DNA of 64,000 nucleotides from Diplonema japonicum (taxonomy: Eukaryota; Protista; Euglenozoa: Diplonemea), in assembly GCA_964019335.1 (NCBI GenBank), contig OZ025703.1:310001-374000 (forward strand). The letters run 5' to 3'. A program made the position numbers and the translations under genes. Position 1 is the first letter of the stretch. Each line of letters starts with the position of its first letter. Below, one piece after another: positions 23,953 to 34,585 of this stretch. The notes under the pieces are model-generated. The model did not search any database, was not told the origin of the DNA, and was given only the letters and a program-made list of their open reading frames with translations.

Positions 23953-24580
23953 CGGGGAAGAAAAGGTCTTACCCAGCTTGCTGAGACAGTTAACCTGGAT
24001 GTTTGGACCAAACTTAAAGCTACCCTGTTCTGTTGTTTTCTCGGGAAAAAAAAAAAAAATGAAATGAGGGGGGAGAAAGCTCGCGCGTGTACATGCTAAC
24101 TCTTTGTCGGGGGGAAGGGAGGGGGGGGATGGGGAGGGGTGAGTCAGTATTTGGTAGTTTTACAATATTTATTTCCACCACCTCCCCCCCATGCTCTTGT
24201 GTCAGCAGCTGGTTACCTGCATCTTCTTTCACCCCCTTCTCTTCCAAACTCTGAACTGAACGGGGAATGTGATAGAAAAGGATGAAATGGAGCCAAGCTT
24301 TCCATTCTTGTCAGTATGCGATTTTCGCACCCCCTCTTAGAGGATAAGAGGAACGTTCCAAATTGGAACCTCCTTATTAAATCCTTTTTTTTTTTTTTGT
24401 GTGTGTGTGTGTCTTTGTGTCCCCAAACACCTCCCCTGCCCATCCCCAGGCACCCTTACGGCGTCAGATTATTATTTCTTTTTTTTCTTTCTTTTCCTAT
24501 TCCCTGTTTCATTAATTGGCTTCTCTTCTTCTTTCCCCCTTCGTTTTTTTTTTTTTTTTTTTTTTTTTCTTCCTTCTTAA

Positions 24581-26341
24581 CCATCTACCAACGAGCGTCT
24601 TTATAAAGACGATTTGAAAAAAAAAATCTTTTGCGCAAAGGGCTTTCAATGCAATACAGCCCGGACACTTCTCGCATCCGGGGTCCTGCGCGGAAAATAT
24701 GAAAAATATAAACTAAATGCTGCCCTAACTTTGCAAGAAAATGAAAAAATAAAAAAAAAACGCCAGCCCAAATTTACCCTTAAAAATCACTTCAAAAAAG
24801 GGCACCCAGAAAGAGGCCGGAAGAGGACATTATGAGTGATGGTAGCACTGATGGCTCATCCCTATTATGCAATTTTGATACGGACAGTGATTCTAATTCG
24901 AATTCGACCGATTCCGAGTCACAGCAGGGTGATTAGACGGCAAAGCCGGAGCAGTTGGAAGGCATCCGGTTTCGTGAAGATCGGAATCCTTGTGGACCCT
25001 GTTTTGACATCAGAGGCTCAACGCCGTTCCATATATTCTCCCAAATGCTCGTCCCAAACGTTATTCGGGTCATAACTTCGAACAATGTGGCAAATGCGGC
25101 TAAAAAAGGTGTTTCCCTGGATCTCGATGCTGCTTCTCTGCGTACCTTCCTAGGTGCCCTTTTGTCGATGGACTTGTATATCAAGCCAGATTATTCTGAT
25201 TACTGGCGCACTGGCTCCACGCCTCTCAACCACACCCCTGGGTACGCCACCGTCATGTCAAGAGACCGCTTTTTGACTATTCTGGGAAATCTGTGTTTCG
25301 ACTTCTACCTATCGCAAAGGCCTCCCGGAGATCACGGATGCCCCAAAGAAGCGAGGCCGCAGGCCCGAGGACGCGCATTCTGGGACCCAGTTCCACCAGC
25401 ACGTGAGCATCCTTTGCACCACAACGTGGCATGTCATCAAGCCTGTGCGCTTTCTGTCGACGTTGGATGTTCTGGTGAAGTCAAATTTGGCGTGTCGGCC
25501 AAAAGAGAATGAAAGCCGGAGGCCCTCCAGAAAGGACATCCCGCTCCCCACCAAGTGCATATTTACAACACCGCAATGGGCGGAACCGACGCTGGGTGAC
25601 GCTGTGACAAAACGCCATAAACGCACCCTTATGACTTCGAAGTGGCCCCTGAAAGTATTTTCGTACTTGTTAGATAAATCTCTGGCAAATGCCCGGCTTG
25701 TTTGGTCCCCCCAACACCCTGAGTACGAACGACAGTGGATTCACGCTTTTCAAAGAGGCAGTCATCGAAGGGCTACTAGGGAGGCTGCCCAAACAACAGC
25801 TAAAGTCAACTATAGAGCAGGCTGCCCCGAAACACAGAACGAGTGCCCTGAGGCCCCAATGCGACGCGACAGTACCTTCTGGGACCATTTCCCCGAAAAA
25901 GTAGCGCAACGTGCGGTACAAGCATTGCAAGTCGAAAAGACCCCTATTTCAGTGTTCAGCCTGCTTGGTACAACTTTGCGTGACTCCGTGCTTCAAAGAC
26001 TACCACCTTGCCGGGGATACCCCCCAGAAACCCCTCTCGGGGTCAAAAAAGAAGTCCCCCAGCGTACGAACCGCGTCAAGAAGGCCTTAAATAGCTTTTT
26101 ATAGAATTTTACAGTCGATTTTTTTGACTTGTTTTTTGTACCCCCTCCCGAGCACTTCGGGAACGATATTTTTGACAATGTTGTGGGGGTGGGCCCTGCT
26201 GTGGGCACCCTCTCTCTAGAATTGGGACATCTGGAGGCATTTCCGGGGGCATATAGCCCCGGCGTTGCGCTAGAATAGTTTTTTTTTGAAGTTTTGAAAA
26301 TTTACCCCCCTGGTGGGCAAAAATGGTCCGTTGGTAGATGG
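24581..26341 (+). mobile_element. Internally deleted, non-autonomous piggyBac DNA transposon (1761 bp)
   Basis: Perfect 13-bp TIRs CCATCTACCAACG (24581-24593) and CGTTGGTAGATGG (26329-26341), each flanked by TTAA (24577-24580; 26342-26345), enclosing transposase remnants. Confidence 0.92.
24832..26010 (+). pseudogene. piggyBac transposase pseudogene
   Basis: Acidic N-terminus from ATG 24832 with an in-frame TAG at 24934. Motifs LRTFLG.L..M...P...DYW, MSRDRF..IL, KPVRFLST, frameshifted IYNTAMGGTD, KWPLKVFSYLLD..LANA and the Cys-rich tail HCKSKRPLFQCSACLVQLCVTPCFKDYH. Most of the catalytic core is missing. Confidence 0.9.
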
Positions 26342-26398
26342 TTAAAACGTCCCCCCTCTGTTCCTCATTCATTGTCAAGAAAAAAAAAAGAAAAAAAA

Positions 26399-26992
26399 AT
26401 GTCTACACATGAAGAGCTTCCACAGCGGCAGAGAGGGAGAAGGGAGAGACACACACAACAAGCTGGTAAAAAAGACAGTGAACAAGAAGCCAAAGAGAGC
26501 GTGGTGGTGAGAGGGAGGCCGGGCAGGGAGTATGAGTATTTAGACCACACTGCTGATGTGCAGATCCACAGTTGGGGCGGGACTGTGGAGGAGGCAATGG
26601 AGAACCAGGTGTTGGGGATGTTTGACTACATGACTGATAGAGGCACAGTGGAGGCTACCGAAGAAATTAGATTTGATGTGTCAGATGCACATGACTACAG
26701 GAGCCTTCTGTTCAAGTTCATGGACGAGATGCTGTTTCACTTCAGTGCTGAGTTCTTCACCCTCAAGGAGGTCCGCATCACCTCCCTGGACACCACCTCC
26801 TGGTCCCTGTCCGGTGTGGCCTGGGGGGAAAAGTGGGACCGCAAGAAACACACGATCGGCACAGAGATCAAGGCCATCACGTTTGCCTCTCTCCGTGTCA
26901 TCCCTCCCGAAGAAGATTTGCAAGAAGACGAGTACGAGGGCACGAAACCCCCTGATGGGTGCTGGAGCGCTTATGTTGTGGTGGATATTTGA
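26399..26992 (+). CDS. ZBTB8OS: Archease (RtcB tRNA-ligase cofactor)
   Basis: YEYLDHTADVQIHSWG, LLFKFMDEMLF, GTEIKAIT and the terminal VVVDI. Confidence 0.95.
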   Translation: MSTHEELPQRQRGRRERHTQQAGKKDSEQEAKESVVVRGRPGREYEYLDHTADVQIHSWGGTVEEAMENQVLGMFDYMTDRGTVEATEEIRFDVSDAHDYRSLLFKFMDEMLFHFSAEFFTLKEVRITSLDTTSWSLSGVAWGEKWDRKKHTIGTEIKAITFASLRVIPPEEDLQEDEYEGTKPPDGCWSAYVVVDI

Positions 26993-27013
26993 GAAGGGAG
27001 GGAAAAAAAAAAG

Positions 27014-27048
<35 letters not shown>

Positions 27049-27166
27049 CAACTAACCCATTTTTTCCCCTGTTTTTGTTTGTTTGTTTTTTTGTTTCTTC
27101 TGTTCTTGTTTTTCCCGTCAAGTCCTAAGGGGAAAAAAAAAGAAAAGAAAAAAAAGAAGAAAAAAA

Positions 27167-28576
27167 ATGACGACCACGACGCCCCCCCGTGTAGTACCCC
27201 TCTTCTGCGATGAGCTGCTGGCCAGCGGACCGGTATCACAACACATGCATCTGCTGATGCTCAAGGAAAGATGGGTCGACTTAAGCAAGGCGAAGGTAAC
27301 GATGGAAGACGCGGAAATGCTGATAAGACTACTCCTGGCGATTGCCGTGGGGAAGGTGCGTCCGAACTGCAAGGCGGAGGGAAAACACACGGAAAAGGCA
27401 GCCGAGCTCAGCCTCCTCCTACTGTTCACCGCTTTATGCGAACCAAGCCTCTGCTTCAGGGTACTGCACCAAGGCATGCTCTCCGTTATGAACAAACTGG
27501 AAATCGTTGAAAAAGAAGGAACAGAAAGGGTACCAGAGGCCACCAAGTCGGACTACGCTCTGATAAGGAGAGAGATCGAAATGCAAGCGTACAACGAAAG
27601 AAAAACCCTGCATGAAAAACACAAGGAAACCGCGAAGAGAATACTTGAATACGAGAACTTTCAAAGCCAGGCTGTTGAACATGAAACGATCGAGTTGCTC
27701 CGAGACACGCAGGTACCTGGCATCCCAGTGGGGATGGAGTTAAATGTTTTAATTGACCTTCCGGACGAGGAGCGTCTCCAAGCGCTTCGAAATTATCTGG
27801 AAACAATCCAAGCTTATGAGGAGGAGATACCCCATACCGCATTAACGGCCACCCAGCACAACGAACCAAAACAAAACCCATTGGAACAATGCGAAAGGGA
27901 CACCGACCCCTCGATCCCGTTTCCAACCCCACGACACCGTTCCTTCCCGGAAGTGTTGAGCCGGTCCGATCTCTCATTGGAAATGTACCTGCAAAATCCG
28001 TCAACTCGATTCTTCACAGTTCAGCTGTTGAAAGCTTTTGACAGTGCTGGTGCCAACGTGCAGTACTTCACGAAGGGTCAGAATCGCGCTCATTTGTACA
28101 TCCCTCACAGAGCATCTCGAACCTGTAAAATTTTCCGAGATTTCATAACATGCCCTCCAAGACCGAAGGGGTCCAACACATGGGGCCCCGACTCCTTCAT
28201 ACACATCAAGACAAACATAAAATCCCGTAGCGACATAATGTACCGCTTCCTTGTTGAGGGGTACAACTACGGGACAAACAGTATTATCCATTCTGATATA
28301 TGTGGGTACAGCCATCGAAAATGGGCCAAAGTAGGAAAGGGAGCCATGGAGGAAGCTGGCTGGCCTGAAGGATGGGACAATGATGTTTCGACCGACTACA
28401 TGACAGGAGCCACTGTGGACCAATACTACTCCGCAGACGGCTATGTAGTGATAAGCCTCAAATCCAGGTCTTTCTTCTGCACTGGATTCTCCGTTTCTGC
28501 CTGGCTCGTTGTTCACGGTTTCGGTGCCAACCACGAGCTCACAGCAACCATACACCACCAAGACGCACCGTTGTAG
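27167..28576 (+). CDS. Hypothetical protein with a helical N-terminal half and an aromatic, beta-rich C-terminal domain
   Basis: 469-codon ORF after an A-tract leader, with coding-like composition. Confidence 0.75.
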   Translation: MTTTTPPRVVPLFCDELLASGPVSQHMHLLMLKERWVDLSKAKVTMEDAEMLIRLLLAIAVGKVRPNCKAEGKHTEKAAELSLLLLFTALCEPSLCFRVLHQGMLSVMNKLEIVEKEGTERVPEATKSDYALIRREIEMQAYNERKTLHEKHKETAKRILEYENFQSQAVEHETIELLRDTQVPGIPVGMELNVLIDLPDEERLQALRNYLETIQAYEEEIPHTALTATQHNEPKQNPLEQCERDTDPSIPFPTPRHRSFPEVLSRSDLSLEMYLQNPSTRFFTVQLLKAFDSAGANVQYFTKGQNRAHLYIPHRASRTCKIFRDFITCPPRPKGSNTWGPDSFIHIKTNIKSRSDIMYRFLVEGYNYGTNSIIHSDICGYSHRKWAKVGKGAMEEAGWPEGWDNDVSTDYMTGATVDQYYSADGYVVISLKSRSFFCTGFSVSAWLVVHGFGANHELTATIHHQDAPL

Positions 28577-28681
28577 TTTTTCTTTTTTTTTTTTTTTCAC
28601 CCCCTCCTCGCCACTTAATACCTTCGATCCTGTATTTCCATGCACCGGACTACATAACATTTTTCTTTCATTTTCTTTCCC

Positions 28682-28720
<39 letters not shown>

Positions 28721-28822
28721 AAATTTAAACAATTTTTATATGACGCAAATCCCACCCCTTCCTCCCCCCACAAAAATAAAAGGGAGACAAAAAAAAAGGA
28801 AAAAAAAAAAAAAAAAGAAAGA

Positions 28823-29838
28823 ATGCCTCGTTCTTCAGCAGCAATTATGCCAAAGGGTGTAAAGAAGGCTTCTAAGAAGCCCGTAAAGACGAGCACTCCG
28901 AAGAGAACTCCCGGAAGGGGCGCGAAGAGGGCGTTGATGAGGGACCTCCACTCCATGAGCGATCTTGTAGAACAGAGGGTCGCCAACGTCCTCAAGGTAT
29001 GCCAGGACCTTGGTTCCCTGAAGGGCAAGGTTGATGTGATAAGTATGACTGTCGAGGATGCACAGAAGGAGCACGACGAGCGCGTCGGGAAGGTGGAGAG
29101 GGACATTCTCCAGTACGAGCTGCAGAAGGTTCAGGATGTACTTAAAAACACCAACAAACTTGCTGTCGACCGACTGGAAATGGATGCTCTGAGGAAGCTT
29201 CAAAGGAACAAGGAAGACGAGTCTGTCAAGAACACAAAAACCCTGGACAAAGATGTTATCGAAAAGGTTGCAGAACTCGTACGTTTCAAGGAGGTGGAGT
29301 TTCAAAACAAGTATGCGGAATGCCGTGCTAAGGAAGCGTCTATGGATGCTGAGAGGCGCACACTTCACGCAACCATTGCCTCTCTGAGGTTTGAAATCGA
29401 GTCGCAGAAGAATCTGTCATCTGACATCGCCAAGGCCAACCAGCAAAAGAAAATCAACGAGCTCAGGCGTAAGGCCATCGAGGACCACCAGGCCAGAGAG
29501 CTAGCCAAAGAAGACGCACTTTTGGCACAAACCATGCAATTTTCAGGAAAGATGCCTGTTGCAGCACCCGCTGCTTCGACTCCCGTCCCGCGCAAGAAAT
29601 CCCTGACAAAGCCCGTAGAAGCGTCCAGTGAATCTGGGTCGGGAAGCGAGACCGACACTGACACCGAGGAAGCCCCGAAATCGCAGAAGACAGCACCTAA
29701 GAAGAAGGTTTGTAAAAAGAAAATCAAGAGAAGAAAAAGAAATTTTTTTCCCCCCAGCAGGAAGAAATTACGCGCCAAGGGAGTACTGCTAAGAAGCCCG
29801 CAGGTAAGGCTGCAAAGAAGGTTGTCGCTAAGAAATAA
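28823..29838 (+). CDS. Coiled-coil protein with basic, histone-H1-like termini; intron 29708-29757 or 29708-29760
   Basis: KKASKKPVKTSTPKRTPGR N-terminus and a central coiled coil. The GTTTGT..CAGCAG intron yields a last exon EEITRQGSTAKKPAGKAAKKVVAKK*. Confidence 0.7.
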
Positions 29839-30535
29839 GGGAAGTGAATAATGGAAAGGGGTTTTTTTTTTTTTTTTTTTGGTAGATGATTTTTTTTTTT
29901 TTTTTTAAAAACCCAACACAAAAAAAAATGGAGGAAAAAAAAAAAGAAGGCAAGTTTTCTTATCCCACTTCTATATTTCTTTTTTTTTCTCGTTTTTCCC
30001 CTCCCTCAATCCCCCCTCCCCTTAGATGCGCTGATAGGTACCCTTAAAAAAATGGAATGGTTCAATGGGAAATAGGGGAGGGGGGAAAATCGTGCTTAAA
30101 TTTTGAAAACTTATCTCATTACTTTGGTTATTCTCTTTCTATAACTGCATGTTTTCAAATTAGTGGGGGGGAAAAAAAAATGGGGGGGTGAACAGTGTCC
30201 CTTTTTTTTTTTTTATAAAAATGCTTCCCTTTGACAGACGAAAAAAAAAAAACATACCTTATGTTCCACATTTTCCTCCTCTCTTTCTCCCCTCCCCCCT
30301 CTTTTTTCCCAATTGAATCCCTCCCCCCTTTTTTTATCCCCCTTTTTTTTTCTTTTTTTTTTTTATACTTCCTCTCTCCTACCACGTTTTACTTCTCTTT
30401 TCTTCTTTCTCGTTCCCGTTTCCCGTCCTTTTTTTCTTCTTCTTTTTCCCCATTTATTCCCCCCCCCCACTGGATGAAAATGTTATGGAGACCAGAAAAA
30501 AAAAAGAGGGCGGGCAAAAAAAAAAAAAAAAAAGA

Positions 30536-31456
30536 ATGCCGTCTTCGGATCTCTCCGACACCGATTCGAATGGGACGTACGTGGGGGGCGTTGATCTGGG
30601 TGAAGGCGACAGCGAAGTCAAAGAAAGCACTGTTCATGACGAAGATCCACTCCCACCACTCCCACCGACCCCTAAAGGGAAGGATTCCACCCCATCCCCG
30701 TCACCTCTGTGGGACCTCATCGACGATGAGATCATATCCAGGGGGAAAATCACAGCAGAATCTTTCGTTAAACTGGCAAGAACGGCAATGAACATGCGAA
30801 AAGAAGCACTACTCGCCGCCACCGAAGAAGTAGCCCGAAAAACCACCACCGAAAAGGACCTGTACATTGCAACAGGCGAACTCTGCGAATCCGAACTGGA
30901 AAAACGGAAGAATGTCCTGGAGCAGGAACACTCCACATGGGCCGGGTTGCTGCAGGCTCTGCTTCCTTTGAAAAGCGACATTGTTGAATCTGTGGAAACG
31001 AGGGTGAAGAGAATGAGGAAACGAGAGCGGAAAATCGAAAAGTTGAAACACCTCCACCTAACCATGAAGTATGAGAAGGAATGGGCAACGGACAGCGAAA
31101 AAAAACGAGCGGAGTCAGAATGGGCTGCTTACGTCAGAAAGGTGTACGCAAAAGACTCTGAAAAACTGCGTTACGTCACCGAAAGGGAGATGGAGGCGAA
31201 GTTTTCCCAAGCCCGGCATGACATGGGGTACACCCCACCGAGACCTGAGGTAGCCACCCGGTGCCGTCCCACGCTTTACCAGTCGCTTCTTCAAACCCAA
31301 CGCGAGCTTTTTTCATCGCCCCGTCCACTCCCATCTCCCGCTATAGATGTCACACCTTCCTCTCCCTGCCGTGCACAGATGTCCACACCTTTTGACTCGT
31401 TCGGTCCTTCACCTCAAGGCCCATTTGTTGCTACAGATATGTATAATATGTATTGA
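30536..31456 (+). CDS. Hypothetical protein with a central coiled coil and Pro-rich ends
   Basis: 306-codon ORF after an A-tract. Confidence 0.7.
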   Translation: MPSSDLSDTDSNGTYVGGVDLGEGDSEVKESTVHDEDPLPPLPPTPKGKDSTPSPSPLWDLIDDEIISRGKITAESFVKLARTAMNMRKEALLAATEEVARKTTTEKDLYIATGELCESELEKRKNVLEQEHSTWAGLLQALLPLKSDIVESVETRVKRMRKRERKIEKLKHLHLTMKYEKEWATDSEKKRAESEWAAYVRKVYAKDSEKLRYVTEREMEAKFSQARHDMGYTPPRPEVATRCRPTLYQSLLQTQRELFSSPRPLPSPAIDVTPSSPCRAQMSTPFDSFGPSPQGPFVATDMYNMY

Positions 31457-31546
31457 TTTTTATTTTTATTTTTATTTTTATTTTTTTTTTATAAAAAAAA
31501 AAGAGAAAGAAAAAAAGTTTTTTTTTTGAAGGATGGAAAAGATAAA

Positions 31547-32128
31547 ATGAAGGGGATACCTGTGGCTGTTGTGGTGGTGTTGCTTCTTGCGGTGCAGTGC
31601 TCGGCTTCGTGCTTTGAAGCATTTGTGTTGGATTATCCCAAATGTAGGGATTATGAGGGGAACGGTTACGTGTGCAGAGGGGGCTGGTGTGTAAGCGGAG
31701 AATGTATTGGTGACTGCACGCTATGTGCAGTGGAACGAGTCGGTTTCACACCGGACTTTACAACAGTGCGATGCGTCGACAGCAAGGGCGACGCTGCTCG
31801 ATCGAACGCAGAGGTGTATGTCCCTGCTGTGGTTGGAGTTATATCTGTGGTAGCAGCCCTGTACCTGGCTGTTAAGACAGGCCTTCTGCTGCTGCCGATG
31901 CTTCTTGTAGCGTCTTATCTAACAGCGGGGACGTCGTTGGCGTACACCTCGACACCTTTGTTCAGCCTTGCTTGCATTTATATGGGAGCCAAGCTCTTTT
32001 TCGGTTCGTTGGGCATCCTCCGCATGCTGACCTTCCTGCTTCTCGGTGTTGCCATCGGCTTGATAGGTTTTATTTATTTAGAGAGAACATTCCCGATCAT
32101 CACCGGCGGGCTTAGATTGTGGTTTTGA
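31547..32128 (+). CDS. Small membrane protein: signal peptide, Cys-rich ectodomain, 3-4 TM helices
   Basis: MKGIPVAVVVVLLLAVQCSA signal, a Cys-rich segment and a hydrophobic C-terminal half. Confidence 0.7.
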   Translation: MKGIPVAVVVVLLLAVQCSASCFEAFVLDYPKCRDYEGNGYVCRGGWCVSGECIGDCTLCAVERVGFTPDFTTVRCVDSKGDAARSNAEVYVPAVVGVISVVAALYLAVKTGLLLLPMLLVASYLTAGTSLAYTSTPLFSLACIYMGAKLFFGSLGILRMLTFLLLGVAIGLIGFIYLERTFPIITGGLRLWF

Positions 32129-32239
32129 AAGAAAAAGAAACCCCCCCCTCCCTTTATTTTTTTGTTTTCTCACCTTTTGGAAAGAAAACAAAAAAAAAAG
32201 AAAATAATAATAATAATAATAATAACATTCAAATGACCA

Positions 32240-33226
32240 ATGGTCGCTAGGGCGCAAAGACTTGCGGTATGTCTGTTCTACCTGGTCTCGGGGCCGTCGC
32301 TCATTATGTTGAACAAGCATATCATGCAGAAGTTGGATTTTAGGTACCCGATTACACTATCAGCGTTGGGTATGATAGCAGCGTCGGTAGTGTCGGTGGG
32401 GGCTGCGAAATCAGGAGCTGTGGAGGTTAAAAAGGAGTGCTTAGATATGGTGGGAACCCGTGATTGGTTTCAAACGTGTATACCTGTAGGCCTTTGCAAG
32501 GCGGCGACGTTGACGTTGGGCACCGCGAGCTACCTGTACCTCAACATGGGGTTCATTCAGATGTTGAAATCGTTCTCTCCCGTTGTTGTAATGGCCACAG
32601 CGGTTCTATTCAAATTGGATTACCCCCGGTCGGGGGTTTGCATTTCCGTTTTTGTAATATGCGTCGGGACCGCGATCACCACCGGCTTCGATCCTTCCAT
32701 GAACTGGCAGGGCTTGCTGCTCCATATTGGTGCTGCTACCACAGAAGCGGTGAACCTTGTTTTAACACAGTTTTTACTGCAAAACAGAAAATTCTCAGTT
32801 GTTGAAGCTCAGTGTGTCTTGGCCCCGCCCGGGGTTTTATTTCTCATGCTGTCCGCGTGGTTTTGGGAATGGCCCCGGATGTACGAAAAAAGCCATCATT
32901 TGCTTCCATTACACCACCCCTTCCTCTTTTTCACCGCGTCATTCTTGGGGCTTCTCATCAACTACCTTACGTTCTACGTGATCCAGGCAACTTCTTCTCT
33001 GACGCTGAAGATCCTCGGGATGTTTCGCAACATAGCTTTGATCTTCATAGGCATGGTAACTTATCAGGAGTTGATTCCGGGCTACGAGGCTGTCGGGTTC
33101 TGCATCACCGTGTTGGGGTTCGGGGGGTACAACTATTACAAAGCCAACCCGCAGGCTAACCTCGCCCTCGAAAGGCGGGTTTTTGGGAGGCACAGTTGCA
33201 GCGAGGGAAAAGACGATCCCGTGTAA
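32240..33226 (+). CDS. Triose-phosphate/nucleotide-sugar transporter family (TPT/DMT) protein
   Basis: LIMLNKHI...FRYPITL, YLYLNMGFIQMLKSFSP and VIQATSSLTLKILG motifs; about 10 TM segments. Confidence 0.9.
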   Translation: MVARAQRLAVCLFYLVSGPSLIMLNKHIMQKLDFRYPITLSALGMIAASVVSVGAAKSGAVEVKKECLDMVGTRDWFQTCIPVGLCKAATLTLGTASYLYLNMGFIQMLKSFSPVVVMATAVLFKLDYPRSGVCISVFVICVGTAITTGFDPSMNWQGLLLHIGAATTEAVNLVLTQFLLQNRKFSVVEAQCVLAPPGVLFLMLSAWFWEWPRMYEKSHHLLPLHHPFLFFTASFLGLLINYLTFYVIQATSSLTLKILGMFRNIALIFIGMVTYQELIPGYEAVGFCITVLGFGGYNYYKANPQANLALERRVFGRHSCSEGKDDPV

Positions 33227-33294
33227 TCAAAATAACATTAAAAAAAAAAAGATAATATAAGAAAAAGAAAGAGAAAAAAGGGGGGGGGGGGGGG

Positions 33295-33694
33295 GGGGGC
33301 TACGTTGTCGGCGTACGGCCGTACGTACGCGTATTTCGAACGAACACCGTACGCACTTTTAGATTCTGTGCGTACGGCATGTTGGAAGGTCTTCAGAAAA
33401 GTCTCGGGCAATGTGTAGAGGGATGCGCAAGGGAGCGAATGGCGTCTCTTGCTACCTGGGCATCGCTCAAGGTGGAAGCCCAAAGAGCTGATTCTCTTGT
33501 CAGACCTCACTTTAACAAACGTAGTTTTACCTGCACGCAGTTTGTGAGGGACTACACGCGCGCGGCAGAACTAACGTTGAGAGACCTGCAAGGTGCCCAA
33601 TCCCGATGACAAAGTGTAAAGGTGTTTGCATGACGGAGCCGTACGCACTTTTTCAGATTTTGCTGCGTACGCGTACGCCGACAACGTAGCCCTA
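33295..33694. mobile_element. ~400-bp MITE, probably hAT-type
   Basis: Perfect 21-bp inverted repeats GGGCTACGTTGTCGGCGTACG (33297-33317) and 33672-33692. The right end reads ...CCCTA followed by exactly 8 G; the left flank is a G run. A subterminal CCGTACGCACTTTT motif occurs near both ends. Confidence 0.8.
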
Positions 33695-33849
33695 GGGGGG
33701 GGAGAGGCACCACCAAAGTGGTTTTGTGTTTTTCCCCGAGAACAAAAAAAAAAAAATAAATTCCTTAATTTTTTTATTCTTTTTTTTTTTTCTTCTTCTG
33801 TCGCGTTACAAAATAAAAAAAATAAAAAGGAAGGAGAGAAAGAACAAAC

Positions 33850-34428
33850 ATGCACCGTCTTTTCTTAGTGTCCGTGCTGATCCATGCAGCAGCCGGGATG
33901 GAGCTCAACCCAGAAGATTTTCAGCAAGGCGGGACACTTGGCGAGGTGAAATCTGTAGTATTGTACTGCACTACTTGCGGGGGGAAGGAGATAGCGTTGC
34001 TGCAAGAGTTGCAAGACGCAGGGGCGCAGGAAGGGGTTCCCGTAGGGTACCTGAATTGCGCAAGATGGAAAGACTTTTGCAAGAACCAGAGGGTGATGGA
34101 CGGGCAGTACACAGTCTACGGGCATGGGGGCATCAAGATGGACACATACAAGGGTTACCCTGCAAAAACCGATCTCATAATGTGGGCCAGCAACCTTACT
34201 GGCAAACCCCTCTCTTCCTACCTTCCCTTCACTACCCGCTGCACCTATCATCTCGCGCAGCTTACCACACACCTCGTTAAAACCATCGGCGTCCAGGGCG
34301 TCACAGGCTACACACTTATCGCCACCATCTTCGCAGGCATGTTCCTACCACCCCTTTGCATTATCGCTTATATAATGTACACTCTTGTAAATGCTGTCCT
34401 GGGGAACGAGAAACACAAAGCCGATTGA
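33850..34428 (+). CDS. Signal-peptide protein with a thioredoxin-like (CxxC) domain and a C-terminal TM helix
   Basis: YCTTC, GYLNC..WKDFC and YKG...KTDLIMWA pattern of PDI/TMX-type domains; hydrophobic C-terminus ending KHKAD. Confidence 0.6.
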   Translation: MHRLFLVSVLIHAAAGMELNPEDFQQGGTLGEVKSVVLYCTTCGGKEIALLQELQDAGAQEGVPVGYLNCARWKDFCKNQRVMDGQYTVYGHGGIKMDTYKGYPAKTDLIMWASNLTGKPLSSYLPFTTRCTYHLAQLTTHLVKTIGVQGVTGYTLIATIFAGMFLPPLCIIAYIMYTLVNAVLGNEKHKAD

Positions 34429-34585
34429 GTGGGGGGGGGGGGGGGGGTTATAATGCTTCGCTCTTGTATCTAACTTTTTTTTTTTTTTAATACGAGTTTA
34501 AAAAAAAATATTTTCACACAAACTCTGCCCTAATAAAACCCCAACCAAGAAAGAAAAAAAAAAAAAAAGAAAAAAAAATAAAAGA

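Noticed and set aside
33379-33609. 76-codon ORF inside the MITE
   Set aside because: It has a non-ATG start and no recognisable motif.
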